A DNA stretch of 64,000 nt from Candidatus Zixiibacteriota bacterium (GTDB taxonomy: Bacteria; Zixibacteria; MSB-5A5; JAABVY01). Every line of letters starts with the position of its first letter. The stretch's first letter is position 1. This document shows, in pieces, positions 49,720 to 57,781 of the stretch. The stretch is from NCBI GenBank assembly GCA_011056555.1, contig DSEQ01000034.1:11-64010 (forward strand), read 5' to 3'. The translations under genes were made by a program, and so were the position numbers. The notes under the pieces were generated by a model that saw only the letters and a list, made by a program, of their open reading frames with translations, was not told the origin of the DNA and made no database searches.

Positions 49720-50178
49720 TTAGAGGCACTTGAACATCATCTCGGTCTGTCCGATTTTGATGTGATCGTTATCAATCAACTCCCACTCAGTCTGCGGCTC
49801 GCCGTTAACAAAGGTCTTGTTCTTGGAGCCGAGATCATTGATATAAAACGAACCGCCCTCATAGCGGATGGCGCAATGAGGTGAGGAAAGATAATCATCG
49901 TGTACGACTATATCCTCGTTCTGGGTGGGGCCGATCGTATATTTGCGATCATCCAAACGGTAATCCTGTCCTTTGTAGGTACCGTTGATTATAACCAGCC
50001 AGGCCACGACCGGAAGATCCTGCTGGGTTTGTCCGACTCCGACAACCCTGGTCTTTCCTCTTCCGCCTCGAGCATCCACAACCCGGGTTGCCTGAGATTT
50101 CTTCTTATCTCTCTTAGGCATCTTGGGCACATCCTTTCGTGATAATCTAAAAAATCTTCCGAAGATATTGAATCTCAT
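49720..50178 (-). CDS. small FHA-domain protein
   Basis: 152 aa; basic N-terminus then FHA (YTIGPTQNEDIVVHDDYLSSPHCAIRYEGGSFYINDLGSKNKTFVNG). Confidence 0.8.
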   Translation of the reverse strand: MRFNIFGRFFRLSRKDVPKMPKRDKKKSQATRVVDARGGRGKTRVVGVGQTQQDLPVVAWLVIINGTYKGQDYRLDDRKYTIGPTQNEDIVVHDDYLSSPHCAIRYEGGSFYINDLGSKNKTFVNGEPQTEWELIDNDHIKIGQTEMMFKCL

Positions 50179-50205
50179 CAGATCATCCTATTTGAAATTT
50201 TTGGT

Positions 50206-51747
50206 TTACACGACTGTCTGGTAGAACCAGTATCCAAACATATTTACGTCTCTCTCGGCCGAGATTGCAATCTGTTTGACATTCACCTCTTCCTTCTTGA
50301 TAAACTTGCCATTGATGATGTAAGGCATATTCCGCCAGCGATACTTGCGGTCATTGCCGGTAATCTCCCAAACCCCCACTTTTTCGCCATCGACCTCAAT
50401 CTCAGTCTTAAGCCCGCCATAGGCATAATCGATTCTCCGTATCACCAAGACATCCAGCTCCGGCTTCAGATTCTTGATCTTGAACTGCGCGAAGCCCTCC
50501 CAGTGCAGACGGCCGCGGTCGGAAATCCGGGTGCCGTCAGGGAAGAAGAAATTCTGCTTCTGCCTCAGCTCTTCCTTCACTCCTCCCAGCTTGAACTCAT
50601 GTTCCTTCTCGGAAGCATCATCCAGTATATCTATCTTATCAACTAATTTATAGCGCACATTGTCAACCATAATTTCTTCCGGAAATTCCTTGGGCCAGAT
50701 TTTGATCTCATCCATCGACAGGCGTTCGCCTTTAAATTCCTCCAGCTCGCCCTCGACCTCAGCCCTGATTTCTGCCACCCTGGGCGCCAGGAGCTTTTTC
50801 AATGCTCCGGAGGCCTTGGCCTGGTAGATTATCAGGTTATTCAAATCCTCCGAGGTTATATCGGTTGCCGAGGTCAGATTCAGAAGCGCCTGAAGATTAT
50901 CTTTGTATTCGCCGACCTCTTTGCGCTGTGAGAGGTTGGGGGTATTCTCGAGCTCATTGGAAATCTCTTTCTCCAGATCGACGATTATTTTCAGCAGTTT
51001 AAAGGCGTTACGGTAATCGAGCTTCCCGGCAATACTGACCATCTCGGCAGTAATTGCCGACTGGTAGGCCTCCAGAGAGTACTTTAGATCATAAAGTTTG
51101 TTGAGCTGCATAAAGACCAGCTTCATATCATTGTAGACCGCAAAGATGCGGGAGACCACCTCGGGCGAGAGAATCCATCCGAAGGTACCGGCTATGGGCA
51201 CAAAGCGGGCATCGATTTCACCGGTTTCGGGATGTGACGGATCTGCCGGATTTTTGACATCCTTAAGTTCCTCCTCCAGCCGAACTCTGGCGAGTTCGAT
51301 TCCCTCATCAAGCTCGGGCGGATTGGGAAGAATTTCGACCTTGGCTCTTTCGGCAATGCGCTTATGCCCCTTGTATTGCGGATTAGCCTTGTTGGTGATA
51401 AAATCTACCGGTTCATCATAGTATTTCAGGACAACATAGACAACCATGGGAAGCTTATATTTGGACACATCAATAGCAAGGACCTTCGTTTCCCAGAGCA
51501 TGATATCGTTCCCCTGTCCATCGGTAGCATACCCCGGCGCAACTTCAATCGAAAAATCGCCCTTCTCCCTTGCGGTTACTTTCAGCTCGCCCGAAAAGTT
51601 GAGCACAACTCCCGGCGAATGAAAGAGCTGATTGTGCAGCTTATCCTTCTCCCGGGAATAATCGACAAGCAGGTTAAAATCCTCCTCCGAGGCAAAGAAG
51701 CCGCGGAAAAATGATACCCTTTTATATTCCTTACTCTCCTCGGTCAT
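50206..51747 (-). CDS. uncharacterized CIS-associated protein (513 aa) in the tail-fibre/baseplate-wedge position
   Basis: follows the gpI-like gene with a 17-nt overlap; no recognisable motifs; P2-like order V-W-J-I-(H) suggests a fibre or distal baseplate role. Confidence 0.4.
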   Translation of the reverse strand: MTEESKEYKRVSFFRGFFASEEDFNLLVDYSREKDKLHNQLFHSPGVVLNFSGELKVTAREKGDFSIEVAPGYATDGQGNDIMLWETKVLAIDVSKYKLPMVVYVVLKYYDEPVDFITNKANPQYKGHKRIAERAKVEILPNPPELDEGIELARVRLEEELKDVKNPADPSHPETGEIDARFVPIAGTFGWILSPEVVSRIFAVYNDMKLVFMQLNKLYDLKYSLEAYQSAITAEMVSIAGKLDYRNAFKLLKIIVDLEKEISNELENTPNLSQRKEVGEYKDNLQALLNLTSATDITSEDLNNLIIYQAKASGALKKLLAPRVAEIRAEVEGELEEFKGERLSMDEIKIWPKEFPEEIMVDNVRYKLVDKIDILDDASEKEHEFKLGGVKEELRQKQNFFFPDGTRISDRGRLHWEGFAQFKIKNLKPELDVLVIRRIDYAYGGLKTEIEVDGEKVGVWEITGNDRKYRWRNMPYIINGKFIKKEEVNVKQIAISAERDVNMFGYWFYQTVV

Positions 51748-52627
51748 CTTGTTTCCCTTCCTCTATTTCTTCATGAACATTATCCGTTTCACCAACCCAT
51801 GATTCCACGCCGATCATGGAGGCCACACCGACCTGCATGAAGTCGGCCTCCTCGAGCTCGGGCTCGGCGAAGATCATGTAGTAATTTGTATGCGCGGGTT
51901 TTTCCGCCTGTACAATCGCATGAATTTTGCGAATCATCTCAACCGGCGTATCATCGATTGTCTGCGGAATCCTGACTGTAAAGCAATGCGAACGATCTAT
52001 ATAGCCGATTATAATTGAATCTACTCCAATGGTCGAGGACACCCCCACCTGAAAACCGTTAAAGGGCCAGTAATTCTCAATAATCTCCGGGGTGCTTTCA
52101 GTATAAATTTTCAGATATAATGCCAAGCCCCGCGAGGTTCCCCGCAGCTTATATATCTTTACGATATTGGCAATCAATTCGCGTTTCTTGGCCTCATCCC
52201 AGTTTTCATCGAGAACCAGCGCCAGAACCGATGCCAGATAGGGCAGGAATTTATCCGGGGTATTAAACGGCTCGAAATATGTGTGTATATCCCTGATTGT
52301 ACGGTCGATCGGGATTTGCGGATGTTTCAATAACCACAGGAACCGCTTCAGGAACGAGCCCTCGCGCATATCGTATTGACGGTATATATTCGGCAGGAAG
52401 TTGAGATAGCTTTTGCCCGATATCACCAGTCTGATACCCTCCGCCGGCACAGGCTGATCGGCCTGTGGATTCTGGATAATTATCCGGCCCTCGGGCTCCA
52501 GCGATTCCTCAAACTCGATTGTGCGGATTTTTATGCCATCCAGGCGGCACATCTTCTCCGCTTTTTCAATATCGAGCCCGATAAAATTCGGAACTGTCTT
52601 TTCAGCTACTGCGGCTTCAGTAACCAT
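51731..52627 (-). CDS. phage tail protein I (P2 gpI-like) baseplate component with N-terminal PASTA-like domain
   Basis: 298 aa; N-terminal PASTA-like fold (VPNFIGLDIEKAEKMCRLDGIKI..GRIIIQNPQADQPVPAEGIRLVISG); gpI-family core (FLPYLASVLALVLDENWDEAKKRELIANIVKIYKLRGTSRGLALYL). Confidence 0.7.
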   Translation of the reverse strand: MVTEAAVAEKTVPNFIGLDIEKAEKMCRLDGIKIRTIEFEESLEPEGRIIIQNPQADQPVPAEGIRLVISGKSYLNFLPNIYRQYDMREGSFLKRFLWLLKHPQIPIDRTIRDIHTYFEPFNTPDKFLPYLASVLALVLDENWDEAKKRELIANIVKIYKLRGTSRGLALYLKIYTESTPEIIENYWPFNGFQVGVSSTIGVDSIIIGYIDRSHCFTVRIPQTIDDTPVEMIRKIHAIVQAEKPAHTNYYMIFAEPELEEADFMQVGVASMIGVESWVGETDNVHEEIEEGKQDDRGE

Positions 52628-55600
52628 TTAGTAATCTCTTCTCACCTGATAGCTGTTAACGTCAACAACATAAAACAGCTGGTCCGCTTTGGCCGGCACC
52701 TTATCGACAAACAGCTTGCGCTGTTCATCAAAAATTTCCAGACGGTCTATGTATTCAACTCCGTCAGTATCCTCGACTACACGATACAAATCCGTTTTAA
52801 TAAGCGCCTTTCCGAAAGGCCAGCCTCTGCCGTCGCTCCCTCCCCTGAGGGGATGCAGGTAATTTCTGATATTATTCTCAAGATCGCGTTTAACGCGTTC
52901 CGGGTCGGCGCCGGTGGCCTTGGTCTGGTAGCTGACCTCGAACGAAACCTCCAGATAGGTGGGCCGATTGACGTGCAATTTTGTGGTCAGCAGGCGCCGC
53001 GGCTCCAGATAATCGGTCACCATATTCAAAAGCTGAGTGGTGGGCATAATTTTGGAGCCTTCTTTTTCCTGCGAGGCGGATTCATTGGGAACTATCACCA
53101 AGGTTACTTCGCCCTCGGTGGGGCAGTTGGAGATACAATGCACCCGGGCGATATTCGATGAGGCCCTCTGGGCCAGCCATTCATAATCCTCGGAGGTTAC
53201 TGCACGGAACCTGTTTCTGAATATTTGCGGAGCCCGCAGTTTGGCGTCGGAAACTGATTCCAGATCAGAACCGCCTACAGCCGGGAAATAATTAACCACC
53301 GACTGCACCGAAGGATTGGATCGCCTCAATATTGTTAAAGACTTTGCGCCGACATTGCCCTCGCTCCCTCCACCAGTACGGTAATTGCGGGCAACGATTG
53401 AATTCGAGCCTGACGGCGGACGCATCCCCTTGCGGCCGTCCCCGAATTTGATCCGGCCGGTTATGTGGTCAAGCACATAATGTCTCGAGGTACCATTCGA
53501 ATTGTAGAAATTATCGACTTCATGCCAGCGCACCCATATCTTTGAGGGATTTCCCGTGCTGTCGGCTTCGATTTCAACGGCATCCTCGCCTTCCTCGGCT
53601 TTTATGGTCTCTATCTCTTCCTTATTTGGAGGGGTCAATTCGCGGACATATATCATCTGCCCCTCAAGGACAGGCGGATTTGAGAATTTGAAAACCTGGT
53701 CAGGAGTACCGTCGGATGATCCCAGTACCTCATTTATTATAGTAGAATGATTGCGCGCCATAACGCTGTTGGTCAGAACAGCACGCATCTCCGGCGGCGC
53801 GGCATATCCGCCGTCTCTGAAACGGCAGCGTATCCAGTAGAGCTCATGTCCGAATTTTTCGGTCTTTGAAAATCCCCGGGGGAACTCAAAGCGCACTATT
53901 CCGCTATTCTTGAAGTTATTGGTATTATCATAAGGCAGAAGATCGGCCCAATCCTTGCCGTTAAAATATTCCCACCAGATTTTCTGCTCCACGCGGGTAT
54001 CGCGGAATATTTCCTCTCCGAAATATTTGGTCGTAACCTCATCCATTGGCAGCCTCTGATCCTCTTTCATATTGAAGCAAAGCGCATAGGTCTCCTTGGG
54101 CAGCACCGCTTCAAATCCAAGATAGAGTGAGGGCGAGCGGTCGCGTTCCTCCTCGAAAAGCTGGAAGGGCTTGTATTCCTCGCTCACATTGCTCGAAAAA
54201 TCGCGGTACGTGAAATCGGCATAAGATTTCAGGCTGGACAGGAAAACCGCCTTCTGGTTATACCTGAGGGTCAGAGAACGGATACATGGCGGCCGCAGCG
54301 GATTGTCATCTTTCCAGACCCAGTTTTTACCCACCTGCTCATAATGACCCGCCTGGCCATAATTACCCTTCGTCAAACGGCAGCGAATCCAGAATCCGTC
54401 CAGGCCGTTGACCTGAGTCGGCTTCATGTCCTCGGGACGATCGAATTTTATCTCCCCTGAGTGAGTGAATGCAAGGGTCGAATCAATAAAGTTAAATTTA
54501 CCCGCGGGCCTTGAGACTCCCGACGGCAAAGTTGTCCCGAGCTCGATCCATTTCTTACCGTTGAAGTATTCCCAGATTAGTTCCAGATCGGAGGACGGCA
54601 CCGGATTTTCGACCACAGATGGGTCGGCCAGCCCGACATCGATTATAATCTCCGAATCTTCTTTGCTGAAAATATCGGGAGATGAGAGGTATAACGTGTA
54701 ATCATATTTCGGCTCTTCCGAAAATGGATAAACGCTCTTGGAAAAATCAAGCGGCAGAAAGATTGATCCGGCAATGTTTGAGAATCCAGCGTCGGGATGG
54801 GGCCCGTCCTCAACAATTTTCGCCTCGAGCGAAATAGTGTCCATTTCAGTAACCTCAGGCGAGGCCGGTATTGCAGCCAGGATCGCCTTGAACCAATATG
54901 TCTCCACGCCGTCTATTTCGGTTTTCTCCAGATCTGAAAGCGGGCCGGAAATTTCCAGCAGAGTTTCATTTTCACCCAATGCTTCAGTATAGACCATGCG
55001 GGTCTTCAATTCTTTGAATCGCTTGCCGTTGAAATATTCCATTCGCAGCATGGTCATCAACGCCTTGCCCTCCTCCGAGGCGGCCTTGAACCTCAGGAAA
55101 AGGCTGGCAGATTCCGTGAGCGCGGATAATTTTTCATCCCCCATGAAAATGGCGCGTTCTATCTGCGATACTCCCCCGAATACCGGAAAGCCCTCATCGG
55201 AGGGATTATTTATATATCCGCTGTTGTCCGATATAGCATCCCCTGCAGTCGAGAAAACTCTGGCCAGCTTTACAGGTGAAAGATTTAAATCTTCGGCTGT
55301 TTCAAAAACTACGCTCTCAACCGCCTCTGTCTGGCTGGTGGCAACCTGGGTACCCTTCGGCACTGTGGTGGTCTTCTCCAGACCCTTATTTGGTTTGAAT
55401 GTCAGGTATGTCTCCGCCGGCTGCGGCAGCAGTAATGACATGCCGATAAGATCAAGTAGAGCGACATAGGTTTTATCCGAGACTTTGTTTAGCTTATAGA
55501 TCGTCATCTCGGTGAGCCAGGAAAACAACTCCAGAAGGGTAATTCCCGGGTCTGAGGGATTATGATCTGTCCACTCCGGGCAGTACTTTGGAATCAGCCT

Positions 55601-55663
55601 CCGGAGTTCATCCATTATATCCCTGTGCGTCCGATCATCAAGATTTGGGGGATTTATTGGCAT
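52628..55663 (-). CDS. baseplate J-like protein (gp6/Afp11-like putative baseplate assembly protein)
   Basis: 1011 aa; N-terminus PNLDDRTHRDIMDELRRLIPKYCPEWTDHNPSDPGITLLELFSWLTEMTIYKLNKV matches the conserved start of CIS/phage baseplate-J proteins. Confidence 0.85.
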   Translation of the reverse strand: MPINPPNLDDRTHRDIMDELRRLIPKYCPEWTDHNPSDPGITLLELFSWLTEMTIYKLNKVSDKTYVALLDLIGMSLLLPQPAETYLTFKPNKGLEKTTTVPKGTQVATSQTEAVESVVFETAEDLNLSPVKLARVFSTAGDAISDNSGYINNPSDEGFPVFGGVSQIERAIFMGDEKLSALTESASLFLRFKAASEEGKALMTMLRMEYFNGKRFKELKTRMVYTEALGENETLLEISGPLSDLEKTEIDGVETYWFKAILAAIPASPEVTEMDTISLEAKIVEDGPHPDAGFSNIAGSIFLPLDFSKSVYPFSEEPKYDYTLYLSSPDIFSKEDSEIIIDVGLADPSVVENPVPSSDLELIWEYFNGKKWIELGTTLPSGVSRPAGKFNFIDSTLAFTHSGEIKFDRPEDMKPTQVNGLDGFWIRCRLTKGNYGQAGHYEQVGKNWVWKDDNPLRPPCIRSLTLRYNQKAVFLSSLKSYADFTYRDFSSNVSEEYKPFQLFEEERDRSPSLYLGFEAVLPKETYALCFNMKEDQRLPMDEVTTKYFGEEIFRDTRVEQKIWWEYFNGKDWADLLPYDNTNNFKNSGIVRFEFPRGFSKTEKFGHELYWIRCRFRDGGYAAPPEMRAVLTNSVMARNHSTIINEVLGSSDGTPDQVFKFSNPPVLEGQMIYVRELTPPNKEEIETIKAEEGEDAVEIEADSTGNPSKIWVRWHEVDNFYNSNGTSRHYVLDHITGRIKFGDGRKGMRPPSGSNSIVARNYRTGGGSEGNVGAKSLTILRRSNPSVQSVVNYFPAVGGSDLESVSDAKLRAPQIFRNRFRAVTSEDYEWLAQRASSNIARVHCISNCPTEGEVTLVIVPNESASQEKEGSKIMPTTQLLNMVTDYLEPRRLLTTKLHVNRPTYLEVSFEVSYQTKATGADPERVKRDLENNIRNYLHPLRGGSDGRGWPFGKALIKTDLYRVVEDTDGVEYIDRLEIFDEQRKLFVDKVPAKADQLFYVVDVNSYQVRRDY

Positions 55664-56064
55664 CAGGCCTCACTTTTTTGCAGATAAAATGGATATACCA
55701 AATTAAAAACATTATTCGTGGTTCTAACTTTATAATCAATTGAAATATTTACTATATGCGGTTGTGCCGGATCGGTCAGTGCTTTAACCTCGATATCGAC
55801 AATTCTCGGCTCCCATTTGACCAGCGCCTCCTCCACATGGTAAACCGCCAGGCTTCTTGTATTGGCATTGTTGGGCGCGAAAACCAGGTCATGAATTCCG
55901 CAGCCGAAGTCGGGACGCATTTGCCTCTCGCCAAATGCGGTACCAACAATCAGGATTATCGCTTCCTCGATATCCTCCTCGTAGCGGGACATCGCCACTC
56001 CGCCGCGCTGATTTACAGAAACTGGAAATTTGTATCCTACTCCCAGAAAATTGCGCCGGGGCAT
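55663..56064 (-). CDS. gp25/GPW-like baseplate wedge protein (lysozyme-like fold)
   Basis: 133 aa; FLGVGYKFPV...AIILIVGTAFGERQMRPDFGCGIHDLVFAPNN...EALVKWEPRI, the GPW_gp25 signature. Confidence 0.85.
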   Translation of the reverse strand: MPRRNFLGVGYKFPVSVNQRGGVAMSRYEEDIEEAIILIVGTAFGERQMRPDFGCGIHDLVFAPNNANTRSLAVYHVEEALVKWEPRIVDIEVKALTDPAQPHIVNISIDYKVRTTNNVFNLVYPFYLQKSEA

Positions 56065-56460
56065 TTATCCTCCAATCATCACAGTTCCGACCGCGACCAC
56101 AGTTCCGACCGGCAGGTCCGCCGGATCGTTACAGGTCATCGCAGTATCACCCATCCTGGCTGCAGGCTTGCCGTTAATCATTACAGTTGCCGATCCGCGT
56201 ATAATCTTGCCTTTATTTGTCGGGGGCTTTTGGAAAGGTCCGCCCTGGGGGATATGCGGAGGCGTATTCGTGGCTTCGCTCCCCATAACCGCAGCTCCCA
56301 TGTTCATGATGTTCACATCCGTGGAACATCCGCTGTTTATTAGGCCATTGAATGGATGCGGCAAAGGAGTGGGCACTGGCCCTCCCGGGGTAGATATCAA
56401 GATAATATGAATATCCACCGCAACAATCTGATCTCCCATTTTTGCCGCAGGCATTCCCAT
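56065..56460 (-). CDS. PAAR-repeat spike-tip protein
   Basis: 131 aa; PAAR-like motifs (AAKMGD.., GKPAARMGDTAMTCN), Gly/Pro-rich beta-rich small protein immediately downstream of the spike gene. Confidence 0.8.
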   Translation of the reverse strand: MGMPAAKMGDQIVAVDIHIILISTPGGPVPTPLPHPFNGLINSGCSTDVNIMNMGAAVMGSEATNTPPHIPQGGPFQKPPTNKGKIIRGSATVMINGKPAARMGDTAMTCNDPADLPVGTVVAVGTVMIGG

Positions 56461-56479
56461 ATCATATCTCCATTCTTAC

Positions 56480-57148
56480 TCAGTTAATATTAACTAATGA
56501 GCCCTTGAGATTCAGGATTCCACTGGCCTTAACATCAATACTGGCACCTTCTATTTTGACTGAGGTTGAACCTTTTAGATTCAAAGTACCGGCATCAACC
56601 GTTACTGATGGGGCTTCCAGTATGATTTCCTGGTTTCCTTTTATATGCACTTTATTTCCCTCAATTGAGACCAGTCCCTCACCGTTCAGGTAGATAGTCG
56701 TCTCGACATCCTCGTTGACCTTGGCCATTATAAAATTAGTCTGAACCGTGTCGTTCTTGTCCACCATCACTATGTATGACCTGTTTTTAGATTTTATCAT
56801 CTTATAAGTATTCTTTTCCATTTCACTCTTCGGCTCGGGCGGATCATCCTGGCCATTCCAGAGCTGACCCAGGACATACGGAAATCGCACATCACCATGT
56901 TCAAAAGCTACCAGCACCTCGGTTCCAACCTCAGGCATAAACCAGGTACCATAGTCCTTACCGGTCTGCAATGTGGCAACTCGCGCCCAATAGCTTTCCT
57001 GGTCATCACCCATCCACGGAAAACTGACTTTTATCCGGCCAAGATCATTGGGATCATCTATATTGGTAACAATTCCAACCACCACCCCGTAAAATTTCGT
57101 ATCCCTTTCTTCTTCCCTGTCTCCTCGCATTTTCGACATCAAAGTCAT
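56480..57148 (-). CDS. gpV/VgrG-like baseplate spike protein (Afp8-like)
   Basis: 222 aa; phage_base_V signature YGVVVGIVTNIDDPNDLGRIKVSFPWM...WARVATLQTGKDYGTWFMPEVGTEVLVAFEHGDVRFPYVLGQLWN. Confidence 0.85.
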   Translation of the reverse strand: MTLMSKMRGDREEERDTKFYGVVVGIVTNIDDPNDLGRIKVSFPWMGDDQESYWARVATLQTGKDYGTWFMPEVGTEVLVAFEHGDVRFPYVLGQLWNGQDDPPEPKSEMEKNTYKMIKSKNRSYIVMVDKNDTVQTNFIMAKVNEDVETTIYLNGEGLVSIEGNKVHIKGNQEIILEAPSVTVDAGTLNLKGSTSVKIEGASIDVKASGILNLKGSLVNIN

Positions 57149-57160
57149 ATCGTTAACTCC

Positions 57161-57781
57161 TTATGTAATGGGTGGTATAACAAGTTCGGTACCCGGCTCG
57201 AGCTTTAGGGGATCCTCGATCCGGTTGTAATCGGCGATCCTGCGCCATTGGCTGGCGTCATTGTATTCCCTGTGAGCAATCAGGCTGAGCGTATCACCCT
57301 TGCGCACAATCCTACGCTTGGCACGGTCGGCCGACTGACGCGGCTGACGCTGCAATTGCTCAAAGGTAGTGGTATATTCCTTGAAGGTAACATCCAGTTT
57401 TGCGCGCACAGGAGTGCCGTCCTCAAGGAACATAATATAGCGTTGGTCAAGTTTTTCAAGCACACCCTTGAACTGGAACTGACCCCACGTGAATAAGCAC
57501 AGGGGCGGGCGATGCTTATCAGGATCGACCATCAATAATGTTTCCACTTTTTGCGTATGTGTTCGCACATCCTCTTTTTGCTCAAACGTATCGAAGAAGA
57601 GTTCCATCGACAGTTCCATCCGCTGACCGGTTGTGAAAGATGCCGCCGGGGCATCAAGGCCCAGTACTCGCTGTTCAGCCCAGGGTGTCCTCTTTTTCAA
57701 TGTGTACTCAGTCGGATTGAAGAGAACATTGAAGGTCTCATTCTTATCGACATTTGTGATTGTAGCCTTCTCAAGAGGCAT
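57161..57781 (-). CDS. LysM-containing tube-initiator/baseplate hub protein (Afp7 / P2 gpX-D-like)
   Basis: 206 aa; N-terminal tube-like domain, C-terminal LysM (RKGDTLSLIAHREYNDASQWRRIADYNRIEDPLKLEPGTELVIP). Confidence 0.8.
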   Translation of the reverse strand: MPLEKATITNVDKNETFNVLFNPTEYTLKKRTPWAEQRVLGLDAPAASFTTGQRMELSMELFFDTFEQKEDVRTHTQKVETLLMVDPDKHRPPLCLFTWGQFQFKGVLEKLDQRYIMFLEDGTPVRAKLDVTFKEYTTTFEQLQRQPRQSADRAKRRIVRKGDTLSLIAHREYNDASQWRRIADYNRIEDPLKLEPGTELVIPPIT

